From contig CAVEUG010000003.1 of assembly GCA_963618895.1 (NCBI GenBank), positions 1 to 36,066 of the forward strand: DNA of 36,066 nt. The letters are read 5' to 3'. Origin of the DNA: Slackia isoflavoniconvertens. Lineage in GTDB: Bacteria > Bacillota_I > Bacilli_A > RFN20 > CAG-826. Positions 10,884 through 18,229 of this stretch are shown here, piece after piece. A program made the translations under genes and the position numbers. Position 1 is the first letter of the stretch. Each line of letters begins with the position of its first letter. The notes beneath the pieces were generated by a model. It was not told the DNA's origin. It saw only the letters and a program-made list of their open reading frames with translations, and ran no database searches.

Positions 10884-10913
10884 TTGACTTGATATATTGA
10901 TTTTGAGTAGAAT
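10884..10913 (+). promoter_or_regulatory. Sigma-70-type promoter of the rpsL-rpsG-fusA-tuf (str) operon
   Basis: TTGACT (10884-10889), 18-nt spacer, TAGAAT (10908-10913). It lies about 90 nt upstream of rpsL. Confidence 0.6.
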
Positions 10914-11003
10914 ATTAACGCTGAATGAAGCGATTTTTTAATCGAATATTTAGATACACCGGGATTCGTGTGTATAAGAGAGAGGAAAAAAGGAGAAAAA
11001 GTA

Positions 11004-11423
11004 ATGCCAACTATTAATCAATTAGTTAGAGAAGGCAGGAAGACCCCTGTCGTCAAATCTAAGGCACCAGCACTTTTAAAAAGATTTAATTCATTAAAGA
11101 AACATGAAACAAATCAAAATAGTGCTCAAAAAAGAGGCGTTTGTACCCGTGTCGGCACAATGACCCCTAAGAAACCAAACTCAGCTTTACGTAAGTACGC
11201 TCGTGTTAAGCTCAGTAATGGTTATGAAGTCACTGCTTATATTGGTGGTGAAGGACACAATTTACAAGAACACAGTACTGTTATGATCCGTGGCGGTAGA
11301 GTTAAGGATTTACCAGGTGTTCGTTATCACATCATTAGAGGATGTCTTGATTGCGCAGGTATTGAAGCCCGTAGACAAGGTCGTTCTTTATATGGAACAA
11401 AGAAACCAAAAGCGGAGGAATAG
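11004..11423 (+). CDS. rpsL: 30S ribosomal protein S12
   Basis: MPTINQLVR... is the canonical S12 N-terminus, and [22 protein letters not shown] is present. The ATG at 11004 follows a GGAGA SD. The 12-codon ORF-track extension from 10968 has no support. Confidence 0.97.
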   Translation: MPTINQLVREGRKTPVVKSKAPALLKRFNSLKKHETNQNSAQKRGVCTRVGTMTPKKPNSALRKYARVKLSNGYEVTAYIGGEGHNLQEHSTVMIRGGRVKDLPGVRYHIIRGCLDCAGIEARRQGRSLYGTKKPKAEE

Positions 11424-11426
11424 TTT

Positions 11427-11897
11427 ATGCCAAGAAAAGGTAGTGTAAGTAAACGTGATGTTTTACCAGATCCAATTTATAATTCAAAGTTAGTTACTCG
11501 TTTAATTAACAAAATTATGTTAGATGGTAAAAAAGGTACCGCTGAAGAAATTTTATATGGTGCTTTCGAAATTATTGAACAAAAAACAGGAAAACCTGCA
11601 AATGATGTATTCTCAACTGCAGTTAATAACATCATGCCAGATGTTGAATTAAAAGCTAAACGTATTGGTGCTGCAAACTATCAAGTCCCAACTGAAGTTT
11701 CACCAGAACGTAAAGTTACTTTATGCTTAAGATGGTTAGTTAATTATTCAAGATTAAGAAAAGAAAAATCAATGAAAGAAAAATTAGCAAACGAAATCAT
11801 CGATGCAGCTAACAACACTGGAGCTAGTGTTAAGAAGAAAGAAGATACAATTAGAATGGCAGAAGCTAATAAGGCTTATGCTCACTATAAGTGGTAA
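11427..11897 (+). CDS. rpsG: 30S ribosomal protein S7
   Basis: MPRKG...DPIY.S.LV..LIN..M.DGKK is the canonical S7 start. 156 aa. SD GGAGG. Confidence 0.97.
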   Translation: MPRKGSVSKRDVLPDPIYNSKLVTRLINKIMLDGKKGTAEEILYGAFEIIEQKTGKPANDVFSTAVNNIMPDVELKAKRIGAANYQVPTEVSPERKVTLCLRWLVNYSRLRKEKSMKEKLANEIIDAANNTGASVKKKEDTIRMAEANKAYAHYKW

Positions 11898-11911
11898 TCT
11901 AGGAGAAATTT

Positions 11912-13999
11912 ATGGCTGGTAGAGAATATGATTTAGAGCATACTCGTAATATCGGTATCATGGCTCACATTGATGCCGGTAAAACAACAACAACCGAAAG
12001 AATCCTTTATTTCACTGGAAAGATTCATAAGATTGGTGAAGTTCATGATGGTGCTGCTACTATGGACTTCATGGTTCAAGAACAAGAAAGAGGTATTACT
12101 ATTACTAGTGCCGCTACAACTTGTTTTTGGAAAGGTAATCGTGTAAACATTATTGATACTCCAGGGCACGTCGACTTTACAGTTGAAGTTGAAAGATCCT
12201 TAAGAGTTCTTGATGGTGCTGTTACCGTTCTTGATGGAAAAAATGGTGTTGAACCACAAACAGAAACAGTTTGGAGACAAGGTAGTAAATATGGTGTTCC
12301 AAGAATTGTTTTCGTTAATAAGTTAGATGCTATTGGTGCTGATTTTGATATGTCAGTTGCTTCCCTCAAGGAAAAACTTGGAGCTAATGCAAAAGCTGTC
12401 CAATACCCAATTGGTATTAGTGATACATTAAGAGGTCTTGTTGACCTTGTTAAAATGGAAGCTTGGGATTATACCGGATGTGCTGAACATGAAGATCCAA
12501 AACTTGTACCAATTCCAGAAGAATTAGTTGAAAAATGTAAGAAATTAAGAGAAGAATTACTCGAAGATTTAGCTGGATTCGATGATCATTTAATGGAAGA
12601 ACTCCTTGAAGGTCAAGAACCATCTGTTGAAGAAATCAAAGAAGTAATTCGTAAAGCAGTTTTAGCCGAAAAGTTCTATCCAGTTTTCTGTGGTAGCGCT
12701 TATAAGAACAAAGGTATTCAAAAATTACTTGATGGTGTTATTGATTACTTACCATCACCAGTTGAAATACCTCCAGCAAAAGGTGTTGATGAAAAGACTG
12801 GCAAAGAATATTTCTGTAAAGCCGATGATAATCAACCTCTTGTTGCCTTAGCTTTCAAAATTGCTACAGATCCATTCGTCGGTAGACTTGCTTATGTTAG
12901 AGTCTATTCAGGTGTTTTAAAGAGTGGAAGTTATGTTTATAATAGCAATAAAGGACAAAATGAACGTATTGCTCGTTTAGTCTTAATGCACGCAAATCAT
13001 AGACAAGAAGTCGAAGAACTTCACGCTGGTGATATTGGTGCTGTTATTGGTTTAAAAAATACAACCACTGGTGAAACTCTTTGCGATACATCAATTGATG
13101 TTACCCTTGAGAAAATGGAATTCCCAGAACCAGTTATTGAAGAAGCTATTGAACCAAAAACCAAGGCTGACCAAGAAAAGATGGGCATTGCTTTAGTTAA
13201 ACTTGCTGAAGAAGATCCTACATTTAAAGTTCATACTGATCCAGATAGTGGACAAACCATTATTGCTGGTGTTGGCGAATTACATCTTGATATTATCGTT
13301 GATCGTTTAAGAAGAGAATTTAACGTTCAAGTCGAAGTTGGTAAACCACAAGTTGGTTATAGAGAAACAATCCGTAGAGCTGCTGATTGCGAAGGTAAAT
13401 ACATTAAGCAATCTGGTGGTCGTGGTCAATATGGTCACGTTTGGATTAAGTTCGAACCAAACGAAGGAAAAGGATTTGAATTTGTTAATGCTCTTGTTGG
13501 TGGTAGTGTTCCAAAAGAATATGTCAAACCAACTCAAGATGGTTTAGTTGATGCTATGACTAGAGGTTTAATTGCTGGTTACCCAGTAATCGATGTTAAA
13601 GCAACATTATTTGATGGTAGTTATCACGATGTTGATAGTAGTGAAGCTGCTTATAAAGTTGCTGCTTCCTTAGCCTTAAAACAAGCCGCAGCTAAATGCG
13701 ATCCTGTTATCTTAGAACCTTTAATGAAGGTTGAAGTTACAGTTCCAGAACAATATTATGGTGATGTTATCGGTGATATTTCACGTAGAAGAGGAAATAT
13801 GACTGGTGAAGCACAACGTGGTAATGCTAAGATTGTCGAAGCTGAAGTACCACTTTCAGAGATGTTTGGTTACGTTACTGACTTACGTAGTTTCACTCAA
13901 GGTCGTGGATCATTCACTATGGAATTTGAAAGATTTGGTGAATGTCCAAAGTATATCCAAGATGAAATAATCAAGAAAAGTGGCGTTACAAAAGCTTAA
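11912..13999 (+). CDS. fusA: Elongation factor G
   Basis: 695 aa with G-domain motifs [17 protein letters not shown] and NKLD, and EF-G domains II-V. Confidence 0.98.
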   Translation: MAGREYDLEHTRNIGIMAHIDAGKTTTTERILYFTGKIHKIGEVHDGAATMDFMVQEQERGITITSAATTCFWKGNRVNIIDTPGHVDFTVEVERSLRVLDGAVTVLDGKNGVEPQTETVWRQGSKYGVPRIVFVNKLDAIGADFDMSVASLKEKLGANAKAVQYPIGISDTLRGLVDLVKMEAWDYTGCAEHEDPKLVPIPEELVEKCKKLREELLEDLAGFDDHLMEELLEGQEPSVEEIKEVIRKAVLAEKFYPVFCGSAYKNKGIQKLLDGVIDYLPSPVEIPPAKGVDEKTGKEYFCKADDNQPLVALAFKIATDPFVGRLAYVRVYSGVLKSGSYVYNSNKGQNERIARLVLMHANHRQEVEELHAGDIGAVIGLKNTTTGETLCDTSIDVTLEKMEFPEPVIEEAIEPKTKADQEKMGIALVKLAEEDPTFKVHTDPDSGQTIIAGVGELHLDIIVDRLRREFNVQVEVGKPQVGYRETIRRAADCEGKYIKQSGGRGQYGHVWIKFEPNEGKGFEFVNALVGGSVPKEYVKPTQDGLVDAMTRGLIAGYPVIDVKATLFDGSYHDVDSSEAAYKVAASLALKQAAAKCDPVILEPLMKVEVTVPEQYYGDVIGDISRRRGNMTGEAQRGNAKIVEAEVPLSEMFGYVTDLRSFTQGRGSFTMEFERFGECPKYIQDEIIKKSGVTKA

Positions 14000-14052
14000 T
14001 TAATTAGGCTATAAATTAGATTATTTTGCTGCTTTAATGTTTATAAACATTA

Positions 14053-14081
14053 TTGAATAGAAAAATAATTTAATATAAAAT
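14053..14081 (+). promoter_or_regulatory. Possible internal promoter for tuf
   Basis: TTGAAT (14053-14058), 17-nt spacer, TAAAAT (14076-14081) within the 123-nt fusA-tuf spacer. AT-rich DNA produces such matches easily. Confidence 0.35.
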
Positions 14082-14122
14082 ATTTACATGCGTTATGCAT
14101 ATATAAAGGAGAAATTAAATTT

Positions 14123-15316
14123 ATGGCAAAAGCAAAATTTGATAGAAGCAAGGTCCATATGAACATTGGTACCATCGGCCACGTTGACCATGGTAAAACA
14201 ACCTTAACTGCTGCTATCACTCACGTCTTATCAAAAGAAGGTTTAATCGATGCTGGTGAAGTTAAGAACTATGATCAAATCGATGCCGCTCCAGAAGAAA
14301 AGGCAAGAGGTATTACAATTAATACTGCTCACATTGAGTACAGTACAAAGAAGAGACACTATGCACACGTCGATTGCCCAGGGCACGCTGACTATGTTAA
14401 GAATATGATTACTGGTGCAGCCCAAATGGATGCTGCTATCTTAGTCGTTGCAGCTACCGATGGTGTTATGCCTCAAACTCGTGAACACATCTTACTTGCT
14501 AAACAAGTTGGTGTTCCATATATCGTTGTTTATTTAAATAAATGCGATATGGTCGATGATCCAGAATTAATCGATTTAGTCGAAATGGATGTCAGAGACT
14601 TATTAAGCAAATATGGTTATCCAGGCGATGAAACCCCAATTATCAGAGGTTCAGCTCTTAAAGCATTACAAGGTGATCCAAACTATGAAAAGAGTGTCAT
14701 CGAATTAATGGATGCTGTTGATAGCTATGTCCCAGATCCAGTCCGTGATAACGATAAACCATTCTTAATGCCAATTGAAGATGTTGAAACAATTACTGGC
14801 CGTGGAACCGTTATTACTGGTCGTGTTGAAAGAGGAACTTTAAAACCAAACGATGAATGTGAAATCGTTGGTATTAAACCAACCATCAAGACAGTTGTTA
14901 CTTCTCTTGAAATGTTCCGTAAGACCTTAGACTTCGCAGAAGCTGGTGATAATATTGGTGCCTTATTAAGAGGTGTTGATAGATCACAAGTCGAAAGAGG
15001 ACAAGTTCTTGCTAAACCAGGAAGTATCACTCCACATAGCAAATTCACTTGCTCAGTCTACGTCTTAAAGAAAGAAGAAGGTGGAAGACACACTGCTTTC
15101 TTAAGCAACTACAGACCACAATTCTATTTCCATACCACTGATATTACTGGTACAATTACTTTACCACCAGAAATTCAAATGGTTATGCCAGGTGATAACG
15201 TCAACTTCAACGTTGAATTAATTCACCCAGTAGCAATTGAAAAAGGTACCAAATTCTCAATCCGTGAAGGTGGAAGAACTGTTGGTGCAGGAACTGTTAC
15301 TGAAATTATTAAATAG
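14123..15316 (+). CDS. tuf: Elongation factor Tu
   Basis: 397 aa with [18 protein letters not shown] and NKCD motifs. Full-length EF-Tu. Confidence 0.99.
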   Translation: MAKAKFDRSKVHMNIGTIGHVDHGKTTLTAAITHVLSKEGLIDAGEVKNYDQIDAAPEEKARGITINTAHIEYSTKKRHYAHVDCPGHADYVKNMITGAAQMDAAILVVAATDGVMPQTREHILLAKQVGVPYIVVYLNKCDMVDDPELIDLVEMDVRDLLSKYGYPGDETPIIRGSALKALQGDPNYEKSVIELMDAVDSYVPDPVRDNDKPFLMPIEDVETITGRGTVITGRVERGTLKPNDECEIVGIKPTIKTVVTSLEMFRKTLDFAEAGDNIGALLRGVDRSQVERGQVLAKPGSITPHSKFTCSVYVLKKEEGGRHTAFLSNYRPQFYFHTTDITGTITLPPEIQMVMPGDNVNFNVELIHPVAIEKGTKFSIREGGRTVGAGTVTEIIK

Positions 15317-15337
15317 TTATTGTTTAACGAAAATTAT

Positions 15338-15364
15338 AAAGAGCTCTTCGGAGCTCTTTTATTA
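15338..15364 (+). terminator. Rho-independent terminator of the str operon
   Basis: AAAGAGCTC-TTCG-GAGCTCTTT gives a perfect 9-bp stem with a UUCG tetraloop, followed by a T-run. Confidence 0.85.
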
Positions 15365-15433
15365 TTCCTAAAATTTGTAGATATAGGAATTTTATGATTT
15401 AAAAAGACTTTAATCTAATATAAAATTAATCAT

Positions 15434-16396
15434 ATGAAAAAAGTAATGTGTCCAAAATGTGAAGAAGTTTTTGAAATTGATGAAAATAGCGACCTTCTTC
15501 CTACCGGTTGTGTGTATTGCAAAAAATGTCGCGAACCATTTTATCCAAATGATGGAGTAGCAAAGCTTGAAAACGAATTTAAAAGAACTGTTTCTGCCGC
15601 ATATAAAGATATGTATATGAAACAAAATTATGAACAAGCTGCTGGTGAATATGAATATGCTTTAACTTTAAAAAATGATGATTTAGGAGCAGTTGTTGGT
15701 TCATCTCTTGCTAAAATTTATGCATCAAAATTAAATGAAAGAGCATTTTTAGATGTTATCGATGCTTTTGAAAGTAGAGATATAGTCTTAAATGCTGAAA
15801 ATACTTTTATTTATCTTAGTTTTGTAAGAGATGCAGTTTATTCTTTTGAACAATTTTTAAAGATGACAAGGCAAAACTTAACTAAAGATGGAATCTTTTA
15901 TAATAAAGAATTCTTTTCATATTATTTAGATGGTATCAAAGAAATTAATAAAGTGATGGATTATTTTAGGGAATCATTACCATTAGTAGATAAAGATGAA
16001 TATGATAGTTTTAAAAAGGAAAATAACTTATTTGATCAAGATTTTGAAACTATGACAAATGGTATTAGAAATAGACTTAATGGCGATTATAAAGTTAATG
16101 GAGTTGGATATGTTCAAGTCTCTAATGGCGAGATGGAAATTGTAAGAGAAGAAAAATACGATGTAGTAACTCCTATAGAAGTTGATTTATCGCTTTTACC
16201 AATAAATGAAAAAGCATTAAGAGTTAGAAAATTAATGATTGGTTATTTCTCGTTTTTAACTTTAATGATTATTACATTTATAATTATTTATTTTGTGACC
16301 AAAATTAATACATTCCTTTGGTTCTTATCAATTCCTGTTGTACTTGCGGCAATTGGTTATTTTGTTTTCACTTATTTAATTAAAAAATCTTATTAA
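15434..16396 (+). CDS. Hypothetical membrane-anchored protein with an N-terminal zinc ribbon
   Basis: CPKC...CVYCKKC zinc ribbon, a helical (TPR-like) middle region, and two C-terminal hydrophobic helices (MIGYFSFLTLMIITFIIIYFV, WFLSIPVVLAAIGYFVFTYLI). No SD before the ATG. Confidence 0.7.
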   Translation: MKKVMCPKCEEVFEIDENSDLLPTGCVYCKKCREPFYPNDGVAKLENEFKRTVSAAYKDMYMKQNYEQAAGEYEYALTLKNDDLGAVVGSSLAKIYASKLNERAFLDVIDAFESRDIVLNAENTFIYLSFVRDAVYSFEQFLKMTRQNLTKDGIFYNKEFFSYYLDGIKEINKVMDYFRESLPLVDKDEYDSFKKENNLFDQDFETMTNGIRNRLNGDYKVNGVGYVQVSNGEMEIVREEKYDVVTPIEVDLSLLPINEKALRVRKLMIGYFSFLTLMIITFIIIYFVTKINTFLWFLSIPVVLAAIGYFVFTYLIKKSY

Positions 16397-16977
16397 ATAT
16401 ATTTATTTTCTTTCAAATAATTTAATAATTTTATAGAGGCAAGGTATCGATGAGATAACTTGTCTTTTTCAATTGGATCGAGTTCTGCATATGTTTTATT
16501 AATACCATCAACTTTGAAAACTGGATCATAACCAAAATCATCAGTAGCAACTATTTTTGATATCGTGCCATGAACTTCTCCAACAAATTCAATTGGCTTA
16601 TCTTCTACATTAATTAAAACGATTGAACAATGGAATCTAGCCTTACTTCCAAGATGATGCTCAACTAAATAATTTAAGCATTTTTCCGGGCCGCCCATTT
16701 CTTCCATATATCTATGGGAATAAATTCCTGGGAAATGTTCGCCTAATTCATCAATTTCTATCCCAGAATCGTCAGCAATAATTGGAAGATTAGTAAATTT
16801 TTTACAAGCCTCGCATTTAATTAAAGCATTTTCAAAAAAGGTTTTCCCTGTTTCATCTGGATCGATATCGATATTTAAGTCTTTTAATGAATATATTTTT
16901 ACATCATAATTTTTAAAGATTTCGCGAAATTCTTTAAGTTTGTGTTGGTTATTGGTTGCTAATAAAATTTCAAACAT
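16393..16977 (-). CDS. rdgB: RdgB/HAM1-family non-canonical purine NTP pyrophosphatase
   Basis: LATNNQHKLKEF, IADDSG.E...L...PG.YS.RY and GYDP.F motifs. GAGG SD. Confidence 0.9.
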   Translation of the reverse strand: MFEILLATNNQHKLKEFREIFKNYDVKIYSLKDLNIDIDPDETGKTFFENALIKCEACKKFTNLPIIADDSGIEIDELGEHFPGIYSHRYMEEMGGPEKCLNYLVEHHLGSKARFHCSIVLINVEDKPIEFVGEVHGTISKIVATDDFGYDPVFKVDGINKTYAELDPIEKDKLSHRYLASIKLLNYLKENKYI

Positions 16978-17168
16978 AGTTTTTACCTCTTTGAATATTA
17001 TATAAACTTTTCCAAAAAAACATATAAATTCCTGTTTGAAATTTTTGATGTCACATATGACTTTTTATGTTCCGTATTTGAAATTTTATATACGTTCTTT
17101 GATGTTTCTATAAATATTCTTAAATTTTATTCGATGATTACGCATAGAAAATATTATTTATATTTGTA

Positions 17169-17177
17169 TGATATAAT
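17169..17177 (+). promoter_or_regulatory. Extended -10 element (TGaTATAAT) immediately upstream of ogt
   Basis: TG at 17169-17170 and TATAAT at 17172-17177. The ogt ATG (17184) begins 6 nt after the hexamer, and no SD is present. Confidence 0.5.
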
Positions 17178-17183
17178 TTTCCT

Positions 17184-17702
17184 ATGTTAGATAAACCTTT
17201 TTACAAATACATATATACAACGCCAGCGAATTTTTCGAATTTAGTTTTAATAAGTGATGGCGAATATTTAGTTGGTTTATTTTTTGAACCACTTAAGAAG
17301 GAATCAAAGAGTAATAATAGCAACTTTAAAGAAGATGCATCCAAGTTTAAGGATGCCATCAAATGGTTAGATATTTATTTTAGCGGCGAAGAACCTAATT
17401 TTATTCCAAAATATAAAATTAATAATCTAACACCTTTTAGAAACGATGTCATAAATGAAATTAAGAAAATCAAGTATGGGAAAACATGCACATACGGAGA
17501 TATTTCTAAAATATTAGAAGCAAAATATAAAGTTAAGAAGATGTCTGCTCAAGCTATTGGTGGAGCGGTTGGTCAGAATCCTATTTGTATAATTATACCT
17601 TGTCATAGAGTTATTGGGAAAAACAATAAACTTGTGGGCTATGCTGGTGGCATTCAAAACAAAAGCGAACTTTTAAAACTGGAAGCATCAAAAAAAACAT
17701 GA
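17184..17702 (+). CDS. ogt: Methylated-DNA--protein-cysteine methyltransferase
   Basis: Active-site IIPCHRVIG followed by GYAGG, plus an Ogt-like N-terminal domain. Ends with a TGA stop. Confidence 0.92.
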   Translation: MLDKPFYKYIYTTPANFSNLVLISDGEYLVGLFFEPLKKESKSNNSNFKEDASKFKDAIKWLDIYFSGEEPNFIPKYKINNLTPFRNDVINEIKKIKYGKTCTYGDISKILEAKYKVKKMSAQAIGGAVGQNPICIIIPCHRVIGKNNKLVGYAGGIQNKSELLKLEASKKT

Positions 17703-17783
17703 TATTTAAAAAAATGTTAATTTTCATCAATTTTTTTAAAAATTTTTTGAATTCCCCTATTAATAGTAGGAGGGTAAAGTTTT

Positions 17784-17870
17784 ATGATAAAAAATGTAAA
17801 AATATTTTTAATATTGATTTCAAATTACCATTTTGGTAATATGAAATTAGTTTTTGGTGCGTTATTATGA
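17784..17870 (+). CDS. Candidate 28-aa hydrophobic micro-ORF (MIKNVKIFLILISNYHFGNMKLVFGALL)
   Basis: AGGAGGG at 17769-17775, about 8 nt before the ATG at 17784. The TGA stop (17868-17870) overlaps the ATG (17867-17869) of the next gene as ATGA. It may instead be non-coding promoter/operator DNA. Confidence 0.35.
   Translation: MIKNVKIFLILISNYHFGNMKLVFGALL
17814..17842 (+). promoter_or_regulatory. Candidate promoter plus palindromic operator of the HigB-like/HigA-ImmA operon
   Basis: TTGATT (17814-17819), 17-nt spacer, TAATAT (17837-17842). A perfect inverted repeat ATTACCA-ttt-TGGTAAT (17824-17840) fills the spacer and overlaps the -10. Confidence 0.45.
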
Positions 17871-18229
17871 AATATGAATATAGTCCGCCAAGACTAAAAA
17901 AAGAATATGAAGATGAACGTAAAATGAAGAAAAAATATGGAATTGAAATTTCTCATGGGATGACATTATTTCTAGATGCAGTAAACGCCTCGTTAAATGC
18001 ATATGATTTAATATCTTATAGATTTTTCATGATCGAACACCTTAAAGGGAATTTAAAGAACTATTATTCTTTAACTTTAGATAAGAAAAAAAGTAAATGG
18101 AGAATTTTAATTCAAATGTTAGATGATGAAGGAAATGTCTTAATTCCTTCTGATGATGAGATAGAATTTTTAAAAAGTGTTAGAAGAATTAGAATAAGGG
18201 AGTTAAGTGAACATTATGTCGAATATTAA
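17867..18229 (+). CDS. HigB-like (RelE-superfamily, plasmid-killer type) toxin candidate
   Basis: EHLKGNLKNYYSLTL...KWRILI and a terminal ...ELSEHYVEY resemble the HigB/killer signature (LKG-x4-Y-x-S-I..., WRI, ...DYH). It lies upstream of and overlaps a HigA-type HTH gene, which is the toxin-first order typical of hig loci. Confidence 0.6.
   Translation: MKYEYSPPRLKKEYEDERKMKKKYGIEISHGMTLFLDAVNASLNAYDLISYRFFMIEHLKGNLKNYYSLTLDKKKSKWRILIQMLDDEGNVLIPSDDEIEFLKSVRRIRIRELSEHYVEY

Noticed and set aside
10968-11003. The 12-codon extension of rpsL ([12 protein letters not shown]).
   Set aside because: S12 universally begins MPTINQL. The extension would start upstream of the obvious SD (AAAGGAGAAAAAG) that serves ATG 11004.
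11933-15637. Antisense or alternate-frame ORFs in fusA, tuf and the start of the 15434 gene (11933-12169, 12076-12369, 13307-13537, 13338-13547, 14243-14425, 14725-15048, 15410-15637).
   Set aside because: These are shadow ORFs of highly conserved, codon-biased genes, with no independent signals.
17025-17095. Direct repeats in the rdgB/ogt divergent region: TTTGAAATTTT at 17025-17035 and 17067-17077 (42 bp apart), and TTTGATGT at 17034-17041 and 17088-17095.
   Set aside because: They could be operator-like sites. However, A/T-only 8-11-mers recur easily in a spacer this AT-rich. There is no palindromic symmetry and no linked regulator gene, so the support is insufficient.
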